From Octopus sinensis (Eukaryota), in contig NC_042999.1 of the NCBI RefSeq assembly GCF_006345805.1, forward strand, positions 124,496,001 to 124,560,000: a stretch of 64,000 nt of DNA. Direction: 5' to 3'. Made by a program: the position numbers and the translations under genes. Shown here one piece after another: positions 51,764 to 64,000 of the stretch; positions within the stretch are counted from its first letter, which is position 1; every line of letters begins with the position of its first letter. Below the pieces are notes generated by a model. The model saw only the letters and a program-made list of their open reading frames with translations, had not been told where the DNA came from and did no database searches.

Positions 51764-51947
51764 GTGCAAGAAATGAAGTAGTAAAGTAGCCTTCAGTACA
51801 ACCTGCATAACGCTAGCCTTTCATATTTTGCACTGTATGAACATTACCTTACATAGGTCGAGACTAGGGGTAGGGAGGGGTAGGGATGGTGAGAGCATTT
51901 GCAGTCTTCATGGGAAGCAACCCCGGAATGGAAGAGAATAGGAACTT

Positions 51948-52233
51948 CCGGCATGCGTGGTGGGGGTGGGAGGGCGGATGCACCGTAGCTGAGTTCCGGC
52001 ATGCGTGGTGGGGGGGGAGGGCGGGTGCACCGTAGCTGAGTTCCGGCATGCGTGGTGGGGGTGGGAGGGCGGGTGCACCGTAGCTGAGTTCCGGCATGCG
52101 TGGTGGGGGTGGGAGGGCGGGTGCACCGTAGCTGAGTTCCGGCATGCGTGGTGGGGGTGGGAGGGCGGGTGCACCGTAGCTGAGTTCCGGCATGCGTGGT
52201 GGGGGTGGGAGGGCGGGTGCACCGTAGCTGAGT
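51948..52233. repeat. Six 48-bp G-rich tandem repeats in the RTE 5' UTR
   Basis: Unit ccggcatgcgtggtgggggtgggagggcgggtgcaccgtagctgagtt at 51948, 51996, 52043, 52091, 52139 and 52187. Confidence 0.95.
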
Positions 52234-53162
52234 AAAGAGGTTCTGTTAATCGTGAGCTAGCAAATGGGTTTGTATGAATCGGGAGACAATACTAAACGAA
52301 AAATTGAAAAATTGAAAAATCAGAGTGGCTATGAACCTGGAGACAAGTCTAAACGAAAAAAAAAATGTTTGAGCTAGACAGGGTAATGAGGGAATACTGA
52401 AAGAATGAGGGACAATACAATGAGATGGAAATTGAAGAATAGAGAAAGATAAGGATAAGTGCAAGAAAGAAGGTAGTCGTAGCGAGGTTGGACGATTCAC
52501 TTAACTTTTAGCCATTCATGATCTGTGCGTATTCTTTAGATATTTTGAAGCGAGTGGGGTTAACGATAAATGCGATCGCTCTTTTATGTATGGCAATGAT
52601 GGTTTTGGGGAGGGGGGGGGGCATAGAGGACCATGGCGATGATGGTTATGGGAAGGGGGGACATAGCGAGAGAGAGATAGGGTTAGTTAGAGAGAGAGGT
52701 CAAGGGACACGTGACAATAAGCGGTGTGAGGGAATTTGACTGGGGACGGCATTGTCGATAAATAAACATTAGATAAATAGGTTTGAAAATCAGAAAAATC
52801 AGAGGGAATATCATTATTGATAGCTAATATAACACCGTTGCTGAGTAAAGAGGTTCTGTTAATCGTGAGCTAGCAAATGGGTTTGTATGAATCGGGAGAC
52901 AATACTAAACGAAAAATTGAAAAATTGAAAAATCAGAGTGGCTATGAACCTGGAGACAAGTCTAAACGAAAAAAAAATGTTTGAGCTAGACAGGGTAATG
53001 AGGGAATACTGAAAGAATGAGGGACAATACAATGAGATGGAAATTGAAGAATAGAGAAAGAATAAGGATAAGTGCAAGAAAGAAGGTAGTCGTAGCGAGG
53101 TTGGACGATTCACTTAACTTTTAGCCATTCATGATCTGTGCGTATTCTTTAGATATTTTGAA
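52227..53162 (-). promoter_or_regulatory. About 1.5 tandem 613-bp 5' monomers (putative promoter)
   Basis: gctgagtaaagaggttctg starts at both 52227 and 52840; the second copy stops at about 53162. Promoter function is inferred. Confidence 0.55.
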
Positions 53163-53363
53163 AGCTACATAAAATGTTATTATATGTATTAAATATTCAT
53201 GTAGCTAGTCATATGTTTGTGTGTGTATTTGTGTGTGTGCACACACACACACATACATGCTTACATATCTAAAGCTTTCTGTAAAGTGAGAAAAAGAAAC
53301 AAAAGTGTTTTATGAAGATTTAAGAAAAACAAGATAAAGTGACATCTGGATTTCAATAGAATT

Positions 53364-53622
53364 TACAAGGGGCAGCTGAAAAGTTCACAGGCTGACTGAG
53401 ATACACTAATGAAATTTCACTAAATAACGTTTATTTTTCAACATAGTCCCCCTTACAATCCACTCACTTCTTCCATCAGTGTTGCAGTGCTTGGATCCCA
53501 TTGGTGAAGAAGCTTCCACTTTGTTGGTCAAAAAAGTCATCAACAGCATATATGACATCATCAGCACAGCAATACTGATTCCCAGCTAAGAGTTTTTTCA
53601 TGTTGGGGAACAGATGATAATG
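53364..53622 (-). mobile_element. mariner transposase C-terminal remnant with TIR
   Basis: YHLFPNMKKLLAG...FFTNGIQALQH and TIR tacaaggggcagctgaaaagttc. Confidence 0.75.
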
Positions 53623-53789
53623 GGATTGGGGCTTCTTCCAGTTTCCATCTACTAAATCCACTCACAAGGCTTTGGTCATCCCAAGGCTATAGTAGAAGAC
53701 ACTTGCCCAATGTGTCACGCAGTGGGACTGAACCTGGAACCATGTGATTGGGAAACAAGCTTTTTACTACACAGCCATGTAGTACATCA

Positions 53790-54215
53790 TCATTATCATC
53801 ATTGTTGTTTAACGTCCGCTTTCCATGCTGGTATGGGTTGGACAGTTTGACTGAAGACTGGTGAACCAGAAGGTTGCAGCAGGTTCAATCTGATCTGGCA
53901 AAGTTTCTACAGCTGGATGCCCTTCCTAATACCAACCACTCCGAGAGTGTAGTGGGTGCTTTTACGTGCCACCAGCACAAGGGCCAGTCAGGCGGTTCTG
54001 GTAACGACCACGCTCAAAAGGTGTTTTTATGTGCTACCTGCACAGGAACCAGTCCGGCAGCACTGACAACAACCATGCTCGAATGTTGTTTTTCACTTTC
54101 CACCGCTCAAATGATGCTTTTACATGCTACCGTCATGGGAGCCAATCCATGACCCTGGCAACAATCACACTCGGATGTGCTTTTAACATTCCACTGGCAC
54201 GAGTGCCAATCAAGT
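53790..54215 (-). mobile_element. Degraded RTE 3' UTR fragment
   Basis: Reverse-complement family tail and modules. Confidence 0.75.
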
Positions 54216-54329
54216 GGTTAAAATATGGAACGCTTCACGAATTTGTGTCATCCTTTTGCAGGAGCCATGTTAATCTTCTCCGTATCGTTCCAATTTTAGA
54301 GAGAGAGAGAGAGAGATACATATATTTTC

Positions 54330-54549
54330 TTTTATTGTTTTACTTGTTTCAGTCATTAGACTGTGGCCGTGCTGGGGCACCACCTTTGAAGAATTTTAGT
54401 AGAATGTAAGTAGACCACAGTACTCTTTTTAAAAGCCTGGTTATTCTATTGATATCTTTGGTTAAACTGCTAAGTTATGGGGACATAAAAACACCAACAC
54501 CAGTTATCAAGTGGTGGTGGGGGACAAACACATACACTTACACACACAA

Positions 54550-54582
<33 letters not shown>

Positions 54583-54758
54583 TACACACATACACATACA
54601 CACACGATGGGCTTCTTTCAGTTTCTGCCTACCAAAGTCACTCATAAGGGTTTGGTTGGCTCAGGGCTAGAGTAGAAGACCCTTGCCCAAGGTGCCACAC
54701 AGGAGGACTGAACCTGGCACCATGTGGTTGGGAAGCCAGCTTCTTACCACACAGCCAC
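54330..54758 (-). mobile_element. Full-length SINE family A
   Basis: Head-to-tail match to the other family A copies. Confidence 0.85.
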
Positions 54759-55912
54759 AGGCTATAATGTATTACACTGATATTGTCATAATAATATTTA
54801 TAAATATTTGATATTTCAGAATATGTCTAACAGTAATAATGCTGTCACACTATATATAAAATGGGCCAGAATATGTTGTAACTGTGATAATATTGTCGCA
54901 ATATTAATAAATAAGCCTCAATGCTGTAGTATTTATAAGAATAGCTCTACATGATTTATAACAGTAGCTAGCTATTGTTATAATCTTAAATATTACAGAG
55001 TTACCATATGTCAGGAAAACTTGTGTTGCTTTTACTACTACTACCACTGATGTTTGTATATCAAGTTTGCACAGATGAACAGTGATATGAAATTTACTGT
55101 TGCCTCAACTACTGCTGCTAATCCTTTAAATATCAAATTTTCAATTCTCTGCCAGCTTTAATTATTGTTGTTATTCTCCGGATGAGCTGAGGTCTGCAAC
55201 CTTTGTTTCAGTTCCTGACTTGAGCTATTTCCTTTTATTTGTGTTGCTTACTAAATTTAATTTGCTGGTGTCTAATCTAGGATTCAATGTCAAAGAATAC
55301 ATGCTTATATTTAAACAGTCATTGTGAAGGATTCAGATAGTACATATATTATATGTGTGTCTGTGCATATGCACGTATGCATGTGTATGTACACACACAT
55401 ACACACATACACACACACACAGACATTCATTCAGATAGACAAATACAAATGTGGGTTTGTCCATCAACTTTTCTGTATGATTATGGGTGTGTGGTGTGTA
55501 TGTGTGTTTTGAGTGATGTGATTAACAAGGATAATAACAAATGTTGGAGTAGTAACAAAGACCATTCTCAGCATTACAATAAATTATTACACCCTACTTC
55601 TGTATTGAATGCTTTCCTTTCCTCTTAGTAAAATGCATATAAGTAGTTATGCATACAGTCATGCATACATACGCACACACACACATACATACGTACATAC
55701 ATACATGCATACATACATACATACATACATACATACATACATACATACATACATACATACATACAAACATATACATATGTAATATGCATACACATGCATA
55801 CAAGGATATGTACATCATAATCACCATTATCAAGATTTAACATTCATTTTCCAAGCTGATATGGGTTGGATGCCCTTCCTAATGCAAACCACTCTACAGA
55901 ATGTACTGAATG

Positions 55913-55955
<43 letters not shown>

Positions 55956-57480
55956 AAATTTAGAGGACTGTCCACTAAAAGTGGACAGCCTATATGCTAA
56001 ACATAGATGTCAAATTGCCATTACCACAAAGAATGTGTTCTCAAGAAAAATCTCAACAAAAAACCAAAATGTAAAAATAAGCAAGACAAATGAAAATATA
56101 CGAAATAAAAAATGATTACCTATGTACCATTGGTTTCACTTGTTAATATTTATGTATATAGACTTGTAAATATCTGCAAGATCATCAGCATAGTCTTTCG
56201 TTTACAAAATACAATTTCCAGAACTAGATACAGAACACTCTACCAAAATCCATCATGTATAAAGTTCTACAAATTATATTTAGGTGTAACTTTCAAATGC
56301 CTTCACTTTAGCATGCTGAGATCGGAAACTACTCTGCAGTTAATAAACTACAACAGTCAATTTACCAGTTAGAGAACATTTTTTTTATTTTAAATTAAAT
56401 AAGGGTAGAAATTGATACTAATCAATTAAAACCAGTGGCTTAGCATATTTTAAACAATCCGAAAATTAAACATTGTGTTACATACAAAATTTAGAGAACT
56501 GACAAAATTTAGAGGAGGGGAGGAGGAGGAAGTCAATGATGATGATGACAATAATGATGATGGTGGTGGTGATGGTGGCAAGGAGGAGGAGGACGATAAT
56601 AATGATGATGATGATGATGATGATGACGATGAAGACAACAACGGTGATGATGATGACAATGATAATAAAAAATGGTGATGAAGGTGTTGATGATGATGAT
56701 ATCAATGACATTCTCACTGTTACAACATAAATACATCTGACTTCTTTTACATAAATAGTGTGACAATATTATTTATGTGACCTATTTATATAATAGTCTG
56801 GCAACATTATTAGTTATAACAGATTCTGATCTATTTATAAATATTTCAACAACATTATCATTGCTTTCTCCTATTGATAAATATTATGATAGAATTATTG
56901 CTGCCACATATATTCTGACTACATTATTAGTTTGGCTTATTTATAAATATTTTCAAGCATGTTTTCTCCATGTTGCTATATGAAAACTTAAGGTGGTTTT
57001 AGAGTCGGTTCATGGCTGCTATTTTCAGCATGGTGGTATCTTGTAGATACTCTAATTTATAATTTTGATAATTATTACCTTTGAAGCTTATTTTTTCCAT
57101 GCTGACCACTTGATAAGTTCATTGTTTTATTTTAAATTAACGATCTTATCCTTATTTATATATATGTATATATAAATATATATAATATATACCAGAGTAA
57201 GCACATAAATGCGAAACAAGGTGGAAAAAATAGTACTTGAATACCAGAGGTAGAAGAGTAATATGCTTTACTGAAAAGCAGCAATAAAGTATACAAATGT
57301 GTGTGTGTATATATATATATCATGTGATCATGTGATCGACCAGGCACAGTCACATTGTATTTTGGACCGATTTAGCCTTCAAATTATGCCACTGTGCTGG
57401 CTAGGCAAGAAGGCCAATATTCACAACCTGATCGATAGGGGGACTTGAGCAATGTGAAATAAAGTGTTTTGCTCAAGATG

Positions 57481-57530
57481 GAGTCATATCATTGATGATT
57501 TCGGATGTGATTAATCTTCATCAGTGACTC
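57481..57530 (-). ncRNA. Type I hammerhead ribozyme motif
   Basis: Minus strand reads GAGTCA-CTGATGA-AGATtaatcacATCC-GAAA-TCAtcaaTGA-TA-TGACTC. Stem I is 6 bp, stem II has an A-C mismatch at the first pair, stem III is short, and the cleavage triplet is AUA. Confidence 0.7.
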
Positions 57531-57681
57531 ATTACTCTATTGCCGAGGGATAAAAATTTAACTCACCTTGTCAGTCTTACAAAGAACAACATAGGAAACA
57601 TTGGTTGATTCCAAAACTGATGATATATATATATACATATATATATATGTATGTATAATAAAGACACAAACACACACATAT

Positions 57682-57712
<31 letters not shown>

Positions 57713-57749
57713 CACACACATACACACACACATATATAAAAAGAAAAAA

Positions 57750-58000
57750 TAAATGTGCCCTTTTAAAGCCTAGCCAGGCTCGTGGGCCTGGTTTCCTGGT
57801 TTCAATGGCGTATGTGCTCCCCAGCTGGACGGGATGCCAGTCCATCACAGCGTTACTTATTTTTGCCAGCTGAGTGGACTGGAGCAACATGAAATGAAGT
57901 GATTTTGCTCAAGAACACAACGCTTTGCCCAGTCCAGGAATCGAAACCACACTCTTACGATCATGATGCTGACACCCTAACTACTAAGCCACGTGCCTCC
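57750..58000 (-). mobile_element. tRNA-derived SINE, family C
   Basis: Minus head ggaggcacgtggcttagtagttaggg...tttcgattcc; core gatggactggcatcccgtccag. Confidence 0.8.
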
Positions 58001-58089
58001 ACACACACATATATACATACATATATATATAAACATATATCCAGCTTGCAATATTTAAAAAAATAAGTGACTATCAGTCATTGATTTTG

Positions 58090-58537
58090 AACAAGCAAAG
58101 AAGCTAGTTAGAAAATCTCTCTAAGAGATGGAAATAGTAACTATACTGAGAAGTAATGTTTGTTTCCACTTCAGCATGGCTATTCTGTATGAACCGATGT
58201 TATTACCATTTTTTAACCACAAGAGGATGTGTCCTCTGGCTGGTTATTGGAGTGAACTACTACTATCTCTAGTGAACAGGTATTCACCACTGAGGATGGG
58301 CAAAAATAGCCTGTCAAGTCACTAGAAGATGGTAGGGCCTCATACCCCTGCTTGCAATATATATTGGGTGCAGATTACATTGATAACCAGCTAGAAGCTT
58401 CCTCTTGGGGTTGAAAAATGGCAGCAACGTTGGTTTGTACAGAACCGCCTTGTTGAAGTGGCAACAAACATTACTTCTTAGTATAGCTACTATTTTCATC
58501 TCTTATAGAGAATTTCTAACTAGCTACTTTGCTTGTT
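58090..58537. mobile_element. Foldback element with ~155-bp imperfect inverted arms
   Basis: Arms at 58090-58248 and 58382-58537 (ORFs MEIVTILRSNVC on + and MKIVAILRSNVC on -). Confidence 0.75.
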
Positions 58538-59564
58538 ATATGTATGTATGTATGTATGTAATCTCCTTACTCATCTATAGAGGGAACATCTCCGAAACCA
58601 CTTTTACTTATATTTTCAAATAACCACAATAGCTTTTAGTTATAGTTAATACCTAACTGAACTCATATCTCTTCTTCTCACAAGGACAAATATGAATCTC
58701 CTAGATTTTATTCTGCTATTTCCTTTCTCAAGTCCTTTGTAAAAATTTTGTTTATACTCCTTGCATGGAAGAGTACATTGATATATAATTGATTTAATTA
58801 ATTAATTAATTCAATTCAACCATGAATTTGCATGATTTTTATATCTCTGTACGAAATGATTGTCTGCATGAATTACAATTCTCTTATATATTTTAACATC
58901 TTCTCTTTTCCATTTTTAACAAAATTGTTGAGTTTTACGGGATTTCTTTCCATAAATTCACAACACATCATGTACAAATATTATTTTCATATTCACAAAT
59001 TTACACCTGTAAACTACCAGCAAAATATGAAGAATCAATATTAGAAGTCTTTTGGGGAAACCTCCAAAATAGAGGACGAATCTAATTCAACCCTTTTACT
59101 CTTATGTATATATGTATTTAGATGGTTTGACCAGAGCTGACAAGCCAGAGAGTTGCACCAGGTTCCAATCTGATTTGGCTTAATTTATATGGCTGGAAGG
59201 GCATCCAGCCGTAGAAATCAAATCAAATCAGGCTGGAACTTGCTGCAGTTCTCCGGCTTGTCAGCCCTGGTCAAACTGTCCAACCCATGCCAGTATGGAA
59301 AACGGATGTTAAAAAATGATGATGAGGATGATGAGGATGATGACAACAACAACATATGTATGCATGTATGTGTGTGTGTGTAAGTGGTTGTAAAGGAGCA
59401 TCACTGTCATACAAATGATGTTGTTCATTTCAAGCCTTCCAGGAAAAGCATGTCTGTTTATGGAGAAGTATTATTACCTTGATTGGAAATAGGTAAAGAT
59501 TGGTGATGGGAAGAGCATCCAGCTGTAAAAAAAAGCCTGCATCAACAACAAATTCCACTGCTCC

Positions 59565-59728
59565 ATGCCCTGAAGAATTTTTAGTCAAATGAATCAACCC
59601 CAGTACCTTGTTTTTTAAGCCTGATACCTATTCTATTGATCACTCTTGCCAAACCACTAGGTTACAGGGACATAAACACACGAACACTGGTTGTTGAGTG
59701 GTAGTTGGGGACAAATACAGACACAAAG

Positions 59729-59760
<32 letters not shown>

Positions 59761-59956
59761 ACACACATATATATACACACATATATACATACAATTGGCT
59801 TTTTTCAATTTGCATCAACCAAATCCACTCACAAGAGCTTGCTCACCCCAAGGCTATAGTAGAAGACAACTTGCCCAAAGTGCCATGCAGTGGAACTGAG
59901 CCCAGAACCATGTAGTTGGGAAGCAAGCTTCTTACCACGCAGCTATGCCTATGCCT
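59565..59956 (-). mobile_element. SINE family A
   Basis: Match to the family consensus seen in the other copies. Confidence 0.8.
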
Positions 59957-60090
59957 ATACATACATACATACATACATACATACATACATACATACATAC
60001 ATACATACATACATACATACATACATACATACATCATACATACATACATACATACATACATACATACATACTACATACATACATACATAC

Positions 60091-60153
<63 letters not shown>

Positions 60154-60490
60154 ATTAATAATATCAGGGTAAGAAAACTTTTAGAAATTTTTACTACCAG
60201 TGGCCTAGCATGTAGAAAAGTTAGTCAATAGACTATATATTATTCATATAAATACAGTGTACTTTTAAACACATAAGAGGTATCAATCATAGGATACCTG
60301 GCATGCTAGAAGGAATATATACGACGGGCTTCTTTCTGTTTCCATCTACCAAATCCACTCACAAGGCTTTGGTCAGCCTGAGGCTGTAGTAGAAGACAGT
60401 TGCCCAAGATGCCACACAGTGGGACTGAATCCAGAACCATGTGGTTAGGAAGCATGCTTCTTACCATCTTACGACACATCCATCCCTGCG

Positions 60491-60524
<34 letters not shown>

Positions 60525-61329
60525 ACATGATTCTTCACAAGACATTAGTTGGTCCCTGGGCTATAGTAGGAGATACTTGCTCAAGGTACCACATAGTGAG
60601 ATGAAGCCTGAAGCCACCCGGTTGTTGCAAAGCGAATTTTTTCACCACACGAGCAAGCCTATACTTCACAATCTATAGGGGGAAAAAATCAATGAACTGT
60701 TTGGTTCAAACAAAAATACCTTGTGGTATTTATTTGCACAAACACTCCTTTATCACTATTGCTGTCATAAATGTAGTGAACCAGTGATTGACTCATTAGA
60801 AACCTATATCTAATGATGCTATTGTTCTGAAAATGTAAGACATGATTTGTTTTCTTTAAAGTTAAAATAAAATATATCCTGGCCTATTTATAAATACTGT
60901 GACTACATTAACAGAGTTATTTTAGTTTATTCATAAATGTTATCACTTATTACCATGAAACATATTCGGAGCTCATTATAAATACTGTGACAACATTTCA
61001 ACAATTTTACTGTGGCCTATTTATAATTATTTTCTGTAAACATATTGTGGCTCGTTTATCAATCTTGTCAAAACATTATCAGTGTTATACATGTTTTGAT
61101 ATATTCCATAATTATTGTCACATTATCAATAGCATGTATTCTAGTTTGTTTATAGTATTAGCAGTACTTTCAGGTCTATTTATAATACTAACAGTAGCAG
61201 GGAAATTCTATAGCTTTTATTGAAAACAATAAAATTGCTGGAACTTTATAGAGAATCATGAAATACAAAATTTATTTTGAAATTGTAGTTTTCCTAAGTT
61301 ATTAGGTTTTTGAGATTTTGTGAAGTCAA

Positions 61330-61760
61330 CAAAGACTATATTGAAGATGCAGTCATCAAAGAAAACATTTGTCACTTCTACCTTTAGAGTTGTTATCTAT
61401 TATTTTTATCTTTACATCAAGACTTACTGTAGAAGCCCACAAGATTAGCCACCATCTTCCAACAACTTTGGTCACCATTTTTAATTCAATACTTTTACCA
61501 CTTATGGACATGCATATAAAATAAAAAAACAGTGCAGCACCCATGACTTTCAGAAACATTTTCTGAATGGTAGATGCATGGAATAAACTACCTAATAAAC
61601 TATCTGTATCAGTTGCTAGCTGCCAGGGTACTGCATCATTCAAAAATTCCATGCTTCCTGAAATTTGCCAACATTATTCTTCAGGTGCCTGTACACAATT
61701 TCCTCTTTATGGCTCTTTTACTGTTAACTTTTCATCTTTTTGTGTTTCTTTGTTTGTTGT
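61330..61760 (+). mobile_element. CR1-like LINE 3' remnant
   Basis: Motifs resembling TRGH.YK and F..RVVDAWNKLP (MVDAWNKLP in the ORF track). Confidence 0.55.
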
Positions 61761-61900
61761 GCATGCAGTTTTAGCTTTCACTGCTGTCTTTCTCAGCTTA
61801 ACTTACTACTAATTTCTGTTTCCTCTTATACACTTTTGCAAAACACTTGAACACTGTATACAATAAGCTCTATTATAATAATAATTATTATTATTATTAT

Positions 61901-63551
61901 ATTTCCTTTGTAACACAGTGAGGTGAAAATGCACTGAAGTCTTTATTCATCTATCAAGTCACAACAAGGACATCAGACAGATAATACTTTCCTTAAGATG
62001 TGCACTGTGCCCAATAAGGCTGCTTTTTGCAAGACATCAATCTTGCATGGGATTTCCAGTTACCTTAAGAAGTCTTGAAGTTTTAATGGGATTGAGCCCA
62101 ATGCTCCGATCCACCACTGATATCACTTTTACATTACCCTCTCACATTCCATACAGTCTTGCCATTTCCACTTTTAATTCAGAGTACTTGGTGATTTTTT
62201 CAACCTCTTTACTTACAACATTCATGTCATTTGGTATGGCAACATCAATGATCTGACAATATTTGTTTCTCTTATTCAATATGACAATATCCATCCGACG
62301 ATGTTCAATTACACAATTTGCCTGAAAATATAATCCCAGAGTATTGTTACTTTTCCATCCTCCTACATAACTTTACTTGGTACATGCTCATACCAGTTCT
62401 CTGTTATTTCATATTGGTATTTACGGCATAAGAGCCAATGAAGATACACATTTCTGGATGTCAGAAGTTTTATAGATGTTATACTTCACTGAATTGGTAG
62501 CGAGAGCCTAGTCTTGTGCAGCAATGATCAGGCTTTCAGTGGTACACTTCAAATCACCTCGCTCAAGCCATGCCCACAATGCTGTATTATCCTTAACATC
62601 CTGTGTATTCCTTTCAAACTGTCCATACATTCTCATTTCAAGAAGGACTTCTTTTTCCTTCTCCTCAGCTCTTTGTTTAAATTCTTCCTTGTCCATCATT
62701 ACATCTGCATTTACACCCATATCGTTAACAGCATACTGCAGCAGGTCTTCATCACTATTTATCAAATACTCAACAAGCATTCTCCTTTCACTCCTTATAC
62801 AATGGTCTACACTAATTAGTCCTCTGCCACCACTCTTTCTTTTCATATACAGTCTGTTTATGCTTGGTTTAGGGTGATGTGCCCCATGCAGCATCATCAA
62901 CATTTTCGTCCTTCTATCCAGTGTCAATATTTACTCCTTAGTCTAATTGAGGATGAATGCACTATATCTGACCACCGCAACTGCCCTGATATTCATTGTG
63001 GTAATCAAATTTTTGGCATTCAGGTTAGATTTCAACACCATCTTCATCCTTTTTTGATACACCTTGCTGACCTTCACTTTCATTTCTCTGCGTAGAATGT
63101 CATCCAGTTCCCAAATCCCTAAATATCTATATCTATACCCACTACCGTCAGTCTGTTTTAAGGAATCTGTCTCTTTTTCATTCTTACTCAAAAGCTTCAG
63201 ATCATCCATGTAGAGTAAGTGGTTAATTTTTCCATTACTATTTCTGAACTGATATCTTGCCTTTGCCTTCCTTAATATTAAACTGAGTGGGATCAAATGT
63301 ATGACAAATATTAAACAAGTACCTCCTTTCTCTTTTGATATAAACTTCCTCTCAGAGTGTGTCACCTGAGTAGAGATCTAATTTCCATTTCTTCATGCAA
63401 CAAATAATTAATCCTCTTATGTTGTCTGTTATATTGAATATACTCAAACATTCACTTATCCATGAGTGTGGGGTCATGTCAAAGGCTTTCTTATTTACCC
63501 ATGCTATTGTTAGATTTTTCTTTCTAGCTTTTACTTCATTTGAAACTAACA
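61901..63551 (-). mobile_element. Degraded R4/Dong-like RLE LINE between (ATT)n arrays
   Basis: KKAFDMTPHSW, YMDDLKL, YLG, HHPKPSINRLY, GGRGL, AAQD and endonuclease remnants; (ATT)n on both sides. Confidence 0.85.
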
Positions 63552-63613
<62 letters not shown>

Positions 63614-63626
63614 CATCATCATCATC

Positions 63627-63658
<32 letters not shown>

Positions 63659-63694
63659 CATCATTATCATCATCATCATTATTATTATTATTAT

Positions 63695-63762
<68 letters not shown>

Positions 63763-63773
63763 TTATTATTATT
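63552..63773. repeat. (ATT)n-(ATC)n-(ACT)n compound microsatellite
   Basis: Direct inspection. Confidence 0.95.
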
Positions 63774-64000
63774 TAACTAAAGGTGAACACACTCTAAAAA
63801 ACAGCTACAGACAATAGTTCACGAGAAAATATTGGCTCACTTCTTTTTACCATTCCTTTGTGACTTTGTTATTGAAATTATTGAAAATGTGTTGAGAAAA
63901 TAATGTATACTGTAAATGCCTTAAGCAATATTAACTATGAAATGAAATGGAAGACATAATCTATCAATGATTTTATTCTGCTACATTACAACTACACACA

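Larger units (their letters stand above)
48030..53162 (-). mobile_element. Full-length RTE-clade LINE, minus copy (intact ORF)
   Basis: (GAT)n tail at 48030, 3' UTR, intact ORF, 48-bp repeat array and X-Y-X 5' monomers ending at about 53162. Confidence 0.95.

Noticed and set aside
49248-51781. Plus-strand ORFs overlapping the RTE ORF
   Set aside because: They are antisense shadows of the retrotransposon coding sequence.
53040-53162. HDV-like ribozyme at the RTE 5' ends (known from other RTE elements)
   Set aside because: I could not build the nested double pseudoknot at either 5' end by eye; a descriptor search would be needed.

Overview
AT-rich, microsatellite-saturated eukaryotic DNA made almost entirely of transposable-element sequence. 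The SINE/LINE repertoire looks like that of an octopod cephalopod, which is my inference from repeat recognition. I find no host protein-coding gene that I can support confidently. The centre of the window (39.9-53.2 kb) holds two full-length RTE-clade LINEs lying tail-to-tail about 500 bp apart. The minus copy has an intact APE-RT ORF of about 1040 aa from the conserved ATG. The plus copy is broken only by single-base frameshifts. Both carry a C4HC3 PHD-like zinc finger inserted inside the RT domain. Both have 5' ends built as (X-Y)n-X tandem ~600-bp monomers whose sequences are unrelated between the copies. Their 3' UTRs are built from repeated modules that can fold as H-type pseudoknots. 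Elsewhere there are two hammerhead ribozyme motifs (1177-1249 +, 57481-57530 -) and R4/Dong-like LINEs sitting in (TAA)n arrays. Also present are a twin-primed (5'-inverted) RTE insertion, a non-autonomous Helitron carrying a fresh copy of neighbouring DNA, mariner/hAT/pogo/Mutator-type remnants and MITEs, several foldback palindromes, and a weak chain of disabled minus-strand exon candidates.
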